Shown here one piece after another: positions 18,788 through 27,641 of a DNA stretch of 64,000 nt. Numbering within the stretch: position 1 is the stretch's first letter; each line of letters opens with the position of its first letter. The DNA comes from Planctomycetota bacterium (GTDB taxonomy: Bacteria; Planctomycetota; PLA2; JAEUHO01). The notes below the pieces were generated by a model. That model was not told the DNA's origin. It saw nothing but the letters and a program-made list of their open reading frames with translations, and did not search any database. Position numbers and translations under genes: made by a program. The DNA lies in NCBI GenBank assembly GCA_965223505.1, contig CBDCWP010000039.1, positions 32,001 to 96,000 of the forward strand, given 5' to 3'.

Positions 18788-19314
18788 CGTTGTCGGCTTC
18801 CCCGCCTTCGTTGTTTCACTGGGCCCGATCCGACACTTCTCCTTTCAATTCGGGGAGAAGGAGAATCGAACGTGGGCCAGCCACTGTCAAGGCGAGGAGA
18901 AGCAATCGACGGGCCATGCGGGCGATCGGCTGAGCCACGCGCCGTCTTTGTCGCCGTGTTGCGTTTCATGAACAACACCGACGAAACTGTCGTACGAATC
19001 GAACTACGTCCGCGCAAACAGAGACTCGTCCCGAACGCTCCGTTTCACACCGCGATGAGCGTCCATGGCCGAATTGGCAGGGCTATCCAGGTCGAGTCCC
19101 CGCACGGCGAGGACGGTCTGAGGCGGTTTCCCTGGACCGGCCGCCCCTCTGGCCCTGCGTTTGCGCACTGGTGCGCGCCGGGGCCGCGACAGGTCTCGAA
19201 ACGACCGGTGCGAATGCCGCACAGGCTTGAAGTCGTGGGCGGGGTTGGCAATAGTAAGCCATGCTCGCATACCGCGAGTGGGTGTTGCGAACAAACGAGA
19301 TTAGGGAGACAACG

Positions 19315-20406
19315 ATGAGGATCAAGGCACTGACCGTCGCGCTGGTGGGGGCATTGTGCCTGACCGCCGGTGTTGCGGACGTCGACGCGCAAGGCAACGG
19401 CGACGTCATCGACTTCAACTTCGCGGGCAATGTCGTCGGCGGGTTCACGCCGGTCGACTGGGGCGCCGCGGGAACCGGGGCTGAGGCCGTCGGCAACGGT
19501 GACTTCAGCGAAGACAAGGACGGCGCGGACCTCATTGACGGGGTCGTGTTCTCGAAGAGCGGTCTGAGTGTAACGCTCCGTGGCTTCGAGAACGGCGTCC
19601 GCGTGTTCGCTTACGGCGACACCAATCCCGTCGATGGCGGTGCCGGTGTCCACGACGTCGGCAATGTGAACGCAGGCGACGGCGACAACATCCAGCTCAA
19701 CGAGTCGCTGCGGGCAACCTACAGCCAGCAGGTGACGCTGCTGAGCGGCTACTTCTTCAGCTTCAACCACGGCGTGGTCGACTTCGATGCGAACGAGGAG
19801 TTCAAGGTCGTCGTCGATGGGAGCACGACCCACTACTTCAACTTCGACACCCCCGGCGGCGCCAATGAAGGGCTCGTGAACCTCAACCTCACGGGTACGA
19901 CCTTCGAATTCTTCCGGATCACGGACACGGGCGGCGAGCATGGCGACGGTGAGGACTTCTACGTCACGGCGCTCTCCGCGAGCACCGACTGCCCCTGCGT
20001 CGAGGTCGTCGACCTCATCGCCGGCCAGCACACCGATGTCGGCGACGTGACCATCACCCGTGACGGCGACGAGCTGTGCGTGAAGTACGAGACCACCGGC
20101 TCTTGGCTCATCTGTGAGACGCACGTGCACATCGGCGGGTCGATTTGGGACATCCCCCAGACCCGCAAGGGCAACCCGAAGATCGGCAGGTTCGACTTCA
20201 ACGACTCGCACGATCCGGGCGTCTCGACCTTCGAGATCTGCGTGGACCTCGACGAGCTGGGCCTCGCCAACGACAACTCGCTGGCCATCGCGGTGCACGC
20301 GGTCGTCAAGAACACGTGCAGCTATCGCGAAGAGACGGCATGGGGCGAAGGCTGTGACTTCCCCGGCTGCAGCTGGGCGATGTTCATCAAGTTCGTCTGC
20401 CCCTAG
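19315..20406 (+). CDS. Secreted acidic beta-rich protein of unknown function with Cys-containing C-terminal domain
   Basis: RBS AGGGAG; signal peptide MRIKALTVALVGALCLTAG; D/G/N-rich; C-terminal LIAGQH..ETHVH..GNPKIGRF..AVHAVV..ETAWGEG. Confidence 0.75.
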   Translation: MRIKALTVALVGALCLTAGVADVDAQGNGDVIDFNFAGNVVGGFTPVDWGAAGTGAEAVGNGDFSEDKDGADLIDGVVFSKSGLSVTLRGFENGVRVFAYGDTNPVDGGAGVHDVGNVNAGDGDNIQLNESLRATYSQQVTLLSGYFFSFNHGVVDFDANEEFKVVVDGSTTHYFNFDTPGGANEGLVNLNLTGTTFEFFRITDTGGEHGDGEDFYVTALSASTDCPCVEVVDLIAGQHTDVGDVTITRDGDELCVKYETTGSWLICETHVHIGGSIWDIPQTRKGNPKIGRFDFNDSHDPGVSTFEICVDLDELGLANDNSLAIAVHAVVKNTCSYREETAWGEGCDFPGCSWAMFIKFVCP

Positions 20407-20428
20407 CTCAGACGAGTCCCAACCCTTC

Positions 20429-20466
20429 GAGCCCGGGCTACCTCGCGTGGCCCGGGCTCTTTTCTT
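20429..20466 (+). terminator. Rho-independent terminator
   Basis: GAGCCCGGGCTAC-CTCGC-GTGGCCCGGGCTC followed by TTTTCTT. Confidence 0.8.
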
Positions 20467-20482
20467 GACGCGCCGAAGCGGG

Positions 20483-22195
20483 CTACCGGACGTAGCCCAG
20501 ACTCTCCAGCTTCACCAGGATTCGGTGGGCGGCGAGGTCGGGGCTCAGATTCTGCGTGTCGATGCGCATCTCCGGGTTCTCAGGCTCCTCGTAGGGATCG
20601 CTGATCCCGGTGAAGGCCTTGATCGTCCCGGCGCGCGCCTTCGCGTACAGGCCCTTGCGATCGCGGGCCTCGCAGACCTCCAGCGGCGTGGCGACGTGCA
20701 CCTCCACGAACCCGCCGCTCTGCTCGATGAGCTCTCGCACTGCGCGCCGCGTCTCGGCGTAGGGCGCAATGGGAGCGCAGATGGCCACGCCACCGTACTT
20801 CGTGATCTCCGAGGCCACGTACCCGATGCGCCGGATGTTGAGGTCCCGGTGCTCCTTGGAGAACCCGAGCTCGCTCGAGAGCTCCTTGCGCACGACGTCG
20901 CCGTCGAGCAACGTCACGCGGCGCCCGCCCAGCTCCAACAGCTTCACGAGCAACGCGTTCGCGATCGTCGACTTCCCGGAGCCGGAAAGGCCCGTGAAGA
21001 ACACGGTGAATCCTTGCGCGTGGCGTGCAGGTGTCTGCTTGCGGAGCTCCTCGACGATCTCCGGGTACGAGTACCACTCGGGGATCTCCACGCCGTCCTG
21101 AAGCCGCCGGCGGAACTCGGTGCCCGTGAGGTTCGCGATCTTCATGTCGGGCGTGGTTTCGTCGACCGGCATGTACTGGGCGCGGTCTTCGACGTAGACG
21201 AGCTGCTGGAACGGGACCATGCTGATGTCCAGCTCCTCCTCGTGCTGCGCGTACAGCTCCTGCGCCGCGTACGGCCCGTAGAACGGGTGTCCGTCGGGAT
21301 GCTTCCCCGGGCCGGCGTGATCACGCCCAACGATGAAGTGCGTGCATCCGTAGTTCTTCCGGATGATCGCGTGCCACAACGCCTCGCGCGGTCCCGCCAT
21401 TCGCATCGCGAGGTTCAGGAGGCTCAGGGTCGTGGTCTGCTCCGGATAGTGCTTCAGGATGTGCTCGTAGCAGCGAACGCGGGTGAAGTGATCGACGTCT
21501 CCCGGTTTCGTCATGCCGACCACGGGATGAATCAGCAGGTTCGCCTCGTTCTCGCGGGCGGCGCGGAACGTGATCTCACGGTGGGCGCCGTGCATCGGAT
21601 TGCGCGTTTGAAATGCGACGACGCGGCGCCAGCCGAGCTTGCGGAAGCGCCCGCGCATCTCGATGGGGGAGTCACGCAGGAGCCGGAAGTCGTAGTGCGT
21701 CGGCGGCTCGACGCCTTCGAGGCGGCCGCCGAGATAGACCGGATGGGTCCGCTGCATCAGCGTGGCCACGCCGGGATGCGCCGTATCCGCCGTTTCGTAC
21801 ACGGCTTCCGCCTCGCGCGCCTTGTCGGGCGTCCACCGGTCCTCGACCTTCATCGTCGCGACCAGAACGCCCTCGCGATCGCGAAGCGCGATGGTGTCGC
21901 CCTCCGAGACCTGCTCCGCGAACTCCGTGGTGACGTCCAGGTTGATCGGGATCGGCCAGATCACGCCCGACGCGAGTCGCATCGTCTCGAGCACGCTCTC
22001 GTAGTCGCTGCGCGTGAGGAAGCCCGTCAGCGGCGAGAACGCGCCGTTCAGGATCAGTTCGATGTCGCACAGCTGCCGCTCGGTGAGGTCCCACGACGCG
22101 AGGTCCTGCGCCTCGCGCTTGCGTGCTTCCGCTGCGCCCTCGGCGAGGTAGAGGTCGATCAGCGTCCCGCCGTGCGGCTCTTTGTAGGCGCCCAT
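20483..22195 (-). CDS. sat-cysC: Bifunctional sulfate adenylyltransferase / adenylylsulfate kinase (PAPS synthase)
   Basis: PHGG, LNGAFSPL.GF, FQTRNPMHxxH, MRMAGPREALWHA, VGRDHAG; kinase GLSGSGKST, LDGDVVR, FTGISDPYE. Confidence 0.95.
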   Translation of the reverse strand: MGAYKEPHGGTLIDLYLAEGAAEARKREAQDLASWDLTERQLCDIELILNGAFSPLTGFLTRSDYESVLETMRLASGVIWPIPINLDVTTEFAEQVSEGDTIALRDREGVLVATMKVEDRWTPDKAREAEAVYETADTAHPGVATLMQRTHPVYLGGRLEGVEPPTHYDFRLLRDSPIEMRGRFRKLGWRRVVAFQTRNPMHGAHREITFRAARENEANLLIHPVVGMTKPGDVDHFTRVRCYEHILKHYPEQTTTLSLLNLAMRMAGPREALWHAIIRKNYGCTHFIVGRDHAGPGKHPDGHPFYGPYAAQELYAQHEEELDISMVPFQQLVYVEDRAQYMPVDETTPDMKIANLTGTEFRRRLQDGVEIPEWYSYPEIVEELRKQTPARHAQGFTVFFTGLSGSGKSTIANALLVKLLELGGRRVTLLDGDVVRKELSSELGFSKEHRDLNIRRIGYVASEITKYGGVAICAPIAPYAETRRAVRELIEQSGGFVEVHVATPLEVCEARDRKGLYAKARAGTIKAFTGISDPYEEPENPEMRIDTQNLSPDLAAHRILVKLESLGYVR

Positions 22196-22687
22196 GCGTG
22201 CTTGTTCTCCGTCGTCGTGGGGAGCGGGATCGACCCGCGGAATCCGGTGGCTGTTGCGAGCACGCACACCTCTAGCACCGGTTTCTTGCGATCCGAGAGG
22301 AATGTGGAGCCGACCGCGTGACCCCGTCGCCTGCCCGCGCGATGTGGACGGCCGGGGGCCTCCGCGAGCCGCCCCGGCGCGCCGGTTCGACGAGGTCGAC
22401 CGGCTTCGCCCGCGGTGTGCAGTTTTTTGGACATCGCAGAGCCCCATTGTCTCGCGTTCCGGACGAGTGACGGCGTGCGAACAGCCACCCTACAGCGAAC
22501 GCCCATTTCGGCCCGCGGGCCCTGTTTGCTCGGCCTGGCAGCGTTCGCGCTGGCTGCGCGAAGTGCCGCTCGGCTAGACTCTGCGGTCGAGACCGGGGAA
22601 TTACGACAACGACGTGGCGCCGGGCTCGCTTCTTGCACCGGTGGTGGGAAATCCAACTGCATGGCCTGGAAGGGGAACAAAGCGGAA

Positions 22688-23665
22688 ATGCGTGAAGAAC
22701 GGTCCACGAGAGACCGCGCTCGCGCTGCCCCCTCGGATCTGGGGAGGCGCGCGGTCGTCCTGCGCTCCCTCGTCCTCCTGGCCGGCGGTTCGCACCAACG
22801 CAGCCTCGCCGCGCGCGCAGGCCGTTCCGTGCTCGACCTGCCGCTCTCGGCCTCGACGCGCCTCATGGACGTGTGGCTGGAGCGCATCCGCCAGCTGGCG
22901 GATCAAGTCGAGTGGTTCGGAGGCGACCTCGACGTGCGCATCTTGGCGGGGACGTCGAACGCCATGCCCACGCATCGCGCCGGGGAGTTCCCATGGCTTC
23001 GCGCTGCGCTCGATCCGAACGACCTGCGCGGAACCGCGGGCGCGTTGCGCGACCACTGCCGGCAGTTCCGCGACGACGATCACGTGCTCGTCGCTACCGC
23101 GTCGCAGTGTCCGGATCCGGGGTTGCTCGCGCGCTTCGTGTCTGCGGCCGATCTGTCGGCCGGCGTCTCGATCGCGGCCGGAGAGCGTCGCGCCCCGAGC
23201 GGGTGCATGCTCATTCGCTGTGCCGCGCTCCGCGAGATCCCGGAGATCGGGTTCATCGACCTCAAGGAGCAAGCGCTCGAGGAGATTGCGTACACGCACG
23301 GTGCACGCGTCGTCACGATTCGAGAGCCCGTCCCGCGCGTCATTCGAGGTCTCGAGAGCTACATCGATGCGGTGCGTTCCTGGCACCTGTGGGGCAGCCT
23401 GCGCGGCGTCACTGCGTCGCGGCCGTTCGACGAACATTGGCGGCCGGCGTTCTCCGTCGTCGAAGAGGGCGCGAGCGTGGGCAGCGACGTTCGGTTGCAC
23501 GACTCGGTCGTGCTCGCCGGCGGCGTCGTGGAGTCCGGCAGCACCCTCGTCCGTAGTGTCGTCGCGTCCGGCGGTGTCGTTCGGCGCAAGCGCAAGGTCT
23601 TCGAGAAGGTCGTCGCACCGCGGGACCCGCACGTCACGAGCAACGGCACGAAGGAGTCCGACTGA
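22688..23665 (+). CDS. Degenerate NDP-sugar nucleotidyltransferase-like protein with left-handed beta-helix tail
   Basis: LVLLAGG..RSVLDLPL, RGTAGALRD, GFIDLKEQAL, hexapeptide DSVVLAGGVVE..LVRSVV; start uncertain. Confidence 0.6.
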   Translation: MREERSTRDRARAAPSDLGRRAVVLRSLVLLAGGSHQRSLAARAGRSVLDLPLSASTRLMDVWLERIRQLADQVEWFGGDLDVRILAGTSNAMPTHRAGEFPWLRAALDPNDLRGTAGALRDHCRQFRDDDHVLVATASQCPDPGLLARFVSAADLSAGVSIAAGERRAPSGCMLIRCAALREIPEIGFIDLKEQALEEIAYTHGARVVTIREPVPRVIRGLESYIDAVRSWHLWGSLRGVTASRPFDEHWRPAFSVVEEGASVGSDVRLHDSVVLAGGVVESGSTLVRSVVASGGVVRRKRKVFEKVVAPRDPHVTSNGTKESD

Positions 23666-24519
23666 TGGACGCCCTCGGCCACAGAAAGGGCGCCTGGTCG
23701 CCCCTCGAGGCGTGTGGCGCATTGGTCCTCGTCGGCCTGGCCGTCGTGGTCACCGCGGGCGCGTGGAAAGACATGCTTCGCATGGCGCAGACCCCGGCCC
23801 AGGGGCACATCCTGCTCGTGCCGGCGGTTGCGGCATGGCTGTTCTGGGTCCGTCGCGGCAGGCTGCGCCGTTGCGCTCGGGACCAGCGCTGGATCGGGCC
23901 GGTCGTGGTCGTGGCCGGCTGGGCGGTGCACGTCGTGGGATACCGGGCCGGCATCGAGGCGTTCTGGCATCTCGGCGCCGTTGCCATCCCGGTGGGCTGC
24001 TTTCTCTCGTTCGCGGGCGCGCGCTACCTGGTTCGACTGCTCCCGGCGTTCCTGGTCCTGGCATTCCTGGTACCCATTCCCGGCGTCGTGCGGCATGAGC
24101 TCGTGTATCCGCTTCAGCGCACGATCACCGACCTGTCCAGCGGCCTGTTGAACCTGTTGGGCGTGAGCGGCGCGACCGCCACGGAGATCTTCGTTGCCGA
24201 AGCGCGCGGCGGCCTGCAGATCGTCTTCTCGCTGTTCGTCGTGTCCTACGCATTCGCGTACGGTCTGCCGATTCGCGAACCCGTGCGCGTCGTAATCCTC
24301 TGCCTGAGTCCGGTGCTCGCGGTGCTTTGCAATGTGATCCGGCTCGTGCCGAGCGTCTGGGCGTACGGCAACCTGTCGCCGGAGACCGGTCGGTTCATCT
24401 ACATCGCAGCGGGCTGGGTCGTGCTGCCGCTCGCGTTCTTCCTGCTCTTGGGGAGCTTCCGACTGCTGCGGTGGTCGTTCGTTCCCGTCTACCGCTTCAC
24501 CCTGGTCTACGGAAAGTAG
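23665..24519 (+). CDS. Exosortase-family membrane protein, predicted catalytically inactive
   Basis: HILLVP, FLVPIP..YPLQ, VAEARGGL (Cys position = Arg), NVIRL, FIYIAAGW (His position = Tyr). Confidence 0.8.
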   Translation: MDALGHRKGAWSPLEACGALVLVGLAVVVTAGAWKDMLRMAQTPAQGHILLVPAVAAWLFWVRRGRLRRCARDQRWIGPVVVVAGWAVHVVGYRAGIEAFWHLGAVAIPVGCFLSFAGARYLVRLLPAFLVLAFLVPIPGVVRHELVYPLQRTITDLSSGLLNLLGVSGATATEIFVAEARGGLQIVFSLFVVSYAFAYGLPIREPVRVVILCLSPVLAVLCNVIRLVPSVWAYGNLSPETGRFIYIAAGWVVLPLAFFLLLGSFRLLRWSFVPVYRFTLVYGK

Positions 24520-24525
24520 GAGGCG

Positions 24526-25215
24526 ATGCTCGACCGACAGCACCTGCACCTGCTTGCCGCGCCGTTGATCAGCCTGGTCTTGTTGGGTGCGATCTGGACG
24601 GAGCGCACCCTGTTCCGACTGCCCGCGGCCGACGCGGACGCCTATCATCGGCGCGTTCACGCACGTGCGCACGAGATTCCAGAGCACATCGGATCGTGGA
24701 AGGCGGCGCTCGCCAAGCCGCCCGCGCCCGCACGAACGCCGCTGGCGAACACCGTGGTTCAGATGCGCGAGCTCGAGCACGTGGGCACCCGCGAGTCGGC
24801 CCGTCTCCTGATCGTGCTCTGCCACGACGTGCGCGATCTGGAGGGGTACGACCCTTCCACCTGCTACCCGGCACACGGCTGGGCGTCGAGCGTGCGCAAC
24901 GAACGCACGATCACGATCGACGGGCGCGGCATCCCCGTGTCGGTGTACGAGTTCGAACGCGAGACCCCCACCGAAGGTCGATCGAGGATGACCGTCTACA
25001 GCTTCTTCGTTCGCCCTGACGGGAGGCTCGTATCCGGTTTTGGTGGTGTGGACGAAGCAGAGAGCGATCCCCGCTGGAGACCGTTTGGTGCGGGCCAGAT
25101 TCAGGTATTGCTCGACGCCTCGCTGAGTGAGAGCCGACGCGACGAGGTCGTACGGACCCTGGTCGCCGGCATCGAGCCGCTCATCGAGGCTGTGCGTCGA
25201 GGAGACGAGAGATGA
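24526..25215 (+). CDS. Exosortase-associated EpsI-like protein
   Basis: N-terminal TM; IPEHIGSW; YDPSTCYPAHGW; follows the exosortase-like gene. Confidence 0.75.
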   Translation: MLDRQHLHLLAAPLISLVLLGAIWTERTLFRLPAADADAYHRRVHARAHEIPEHIGSWKAALAKPPAPARTPLANTVVQMRELEHVGTRESARLLIVLCHDVRDLEGYDPSTCYPAHGWASSVRNERTITIDGRGIPVSVYEFERETPTEGRSRMTVYSFFVRPDGRLVSGFGGVDEAESDPRWRPFGAGQIQVLLDASLSESRRDEVVRTLVAGIEPLIEAVRRGDER

Positions 25216-27641
25216 CGAAACGACTCATATCAGGGGGGCCCGAGGACACGTGGGGGTTCGACGCCTCCGGTGCGGACGCCGCGGTCGACACCGAGGTGTC
25301 CGTGTGGCGCAAGCTCCACAACATCCTGCGTGGGCGCTACCACTGGGCGATCTTGCTCGCCTTGGTGGGCATGGCCGGCGGTTCCTACCTCGGTTGGGAG
25401 TCCCAGGTTCCCATCTACCGCGCCGAAGGGCTCGTCTACATCGCTCCCAGCATGCCGAGTCCCGACGACCCGGCCGGCACGAGCGTGCTGCCGATGTTCC
25501 AGGGCTTCGTAGCGTACCAACTGCACGTCATGGAGGGTTCGACCGCGACCCAGGCCGCGATGGAAACCGACGAGTGGAAAGGAACCGGGGAGGGCGTTTC
25601 CCCGGCCGCGATTCGCAAGTTCGTCCAGAGTCGCAAGCTCAAGCGCGGCCGCGGCGCTCCCTACATCCAGGTCGCGTTCGAGCACGAAGATCCCGAGACC
25701 GCGTTCGCAGGTCTGCAGGCGATCCTCACGTCGTACGAAAAGATCTTCGAAGAGCAGAACCGGGACATCGAACGCCTCGAGGACACGCAGAACAAGATCT
25801 CCGAGCTGAAGGCCCTCATCAAGGCCGGCAACGACGAGATCCTCACGCAGACGTCGATGTACGGCAGCACCGACGGATTGAAGAAGCGCGCCGAGCTCGC
25901 TGTCGATCGCGTCATGGAGATTCGCGCCGAGTTCGACCGGATCGACGCGGCGATTCACGACCGCGAGAATGACGTCGAGGTCGAACAGGATGACGAGGAC
26001 GCCCCGACGCCGATCGGGGAGATCGCGGTCAAGAGCCCGTGGCTCAACGACGCGCTCGGGCAGATCGAAGACCTCGAGATGGAAGAGGCTCGGCTCTCGG
26101 AGACGTTGCCGGACGGACATAGGCAGCTGCGCGCGTTGCGCGACCGCATCGCGATCCTGCAGAAGCGGATCGACCGGTACGTGAAGGACTGGAATCGGGT
26201 CTACAAGGTCCGAGAGGTCGGCACGTTGAGCCTGAAGGACCTCAAGGCGAGCCGCAAGAGCCTGGAGTCTCGTCTCAAGGCTCTCACCGAGGAAAGCCGC
26301 GTGCTCGGCAGCACGCTCATCACGGTGGGCCGCGTCGAGAACGCGCTCGCGGACAACGAGAACGACCTGCGCCGCATGGAACGGCTAGAGGAGTATCTCC
26401 GTAACCAACAGGTGGGCAAGGGTCGTCTGCGCATCGAAGAGCGGGGTCGGGTGCCGACCTCCCACTTCAAGGACGGGCGCATCTCGCACGCCGCCGCGGG
26501 AGGCATCGGCGGCGCCGGACTGGGCGTGTTCATCGTGTTGCTGCTCGGACTGCTGGACCGGCGCATTCGGAGCAGCGGCGGCCTGGACCGCGGCCTCTCG
26601 CGCCTGCGCCTGCTCGGCCTGATTCCGTTCCTTCCGCGCACGGGCGGCGATCCCGTCGATCGTGAGACCGCCAACATCTTCGTCCACCAGATTCGAACGC
26701 TGCTCCAGATCGGCAACACCAAGGAACGCGGCGCGTCCATTTGCGTGACGGGACCGGGCGTGGAGAGCGGCAAGACGACGCTCTCGAAGGCGCTCGCGCA
26801 CTCGTTCGCGCAGTCCGGCTGCCGGACGCTGGTCGTCGATGCCGACCTCACGGGCCGCGGCATGACGATCCGCGTCGCGCACATGCTCTGGAGCCACGCG
26901 CGAAACAGCGTCGCCAACGAGCCGTTCGACGCCGACGTGGAAACCACGTCGAGTCTCACGCCGCTGACGGTCGCCCAAACCGCCACGGAGCTTCCGACGG
27001 CCGAAGAGCTCGTCACGACGCTCAAGCGTGTTCTCGACGACCGGGGACTGCGCGGTGCGCGCGAGTCGGGTGTCGTGGACGACGTGTTCGCGCTCGCCGA
27101 CCTGCTGCATCCCGGCGAAGTTCGCGATCAGCTCGCATTGGAGCTCACGGCGTCCGTGGCCGTCGAGGGCGCGTTGCGCTTTGGTGCTCCGTCCGAGTGG
27201 ATTCCTCCGCGGGTCGACGAGCTGACGCCGGGCCGGGGCGAGTTCAACGGTCATCGGCTGGATCGGTACGTGTTTCCGACGGGCACCGACGGACTTCGTT
27301 TCCTGCCGCTGCGCGGGCTGGGACGCGGATCGTCCGTTTCCGTCCACACGGTCGAGCGCATCATGGAGCGTGTGCGCTCGGAGTTCGACGTGGTCTTGGT
27401 CGACACGGGCCCCGTACCGGGCACCGTCGAGACGTCCATGGTTGCCGCCACGGTGGATTCCGTCGTCGTCGTTCTCTCACCCGAAGACGATCGTCCGGAG
27501 GCGGAACGTGCGGTGGCCCATCTCGAGGACATCGGCGCGAACATCGCCGGGGTCGTCTTCAACCGCGCGGAGCAGCGCGAGGTGGAGAAGATGAGCACGA
27601 GTCAGAGCCTGTCTCCGGTTCGCCGGGGGCTGAAGGCATGA
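25212..27641 (+). CDS. Wzc/GumC-like polysaccharide co-polymerase with BY-kinase-like domain
   Basis: TM-coiled coil-TM; Walker A GPGVESGKTT, A' LVVDADL, B VVLVDTGP, GVVFNR. Confidence 0.85.
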   Translation: MTKRLISGGPEDTWGFDASGADAAVDTEVSVWRKLHNILRGRYHWAILLALVGMAGGSYLGWESQVPIYRAEGLVYIAPSMPSPDDPAGTSVLPMFQGFVAYQLHVMEGSTATQAAMETDEWKGTGEGVSPAAIRKFVQSRKLKRGRGAPYIQVAFEHEDPETAFAGLQAILTSYEKIFEEQNRDIERLEDTQNKISELKALIKAGNDEILTQTSMYGSTDGLKKRAELAVDRVMEIRAEFDRIDAAIHDRENDVEVEQDDEDAPTPIGEIAVKSPWLNDALGQIEDLEMEEARLSETLPDGHRQLRALRDRIAILQKRIDRYVKDWNRVYKVREVGTLSLKDLKASRKSLESRLKALTEESRVLGSTLITVGRVENALADNENDLRRMERLEEYLRNQQVGKGRLRIEERGRVPTSHFKDGRISHAAAGGIGGAGLGVFIVLLLGLLDRRIRSSGGLDRGLSRLRLLGLIPFLPRTGGDPVDRETANIFVHQIRTLLQIGNTKERGASICVTGPGVESGKTTLSKALAHSFAQSGCRTLVVDADLTGRGMTIRVAHMLWSHARNSVANEPFDADVETTSSLTPLTVAQTATELPTAEELVTTLKRVLDDRGLRGARESGVVDDVFALADLLHPGEVRDQLALELTASVAVEGALRFGAPSEWIPPRVDELTPGRGEFNGHRLDRYVFPTGTDGLRFLPLRGLGRGSSVSVHTVERIMERVRSEFDVVLVDTGPVPGTVETSMVAATVDSVVVVLSPEDDRPEAERAVAHLEDIGANIAGVVFNRAEQREVEKMSTSQSLSPVRRGLKA

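Noticed and set aside
21580..21610. Sat motif reads HGAH instead of the common HRAH
   Set aside because: The HxxH core and QTRN are intact, so there is no basis to call it inactive
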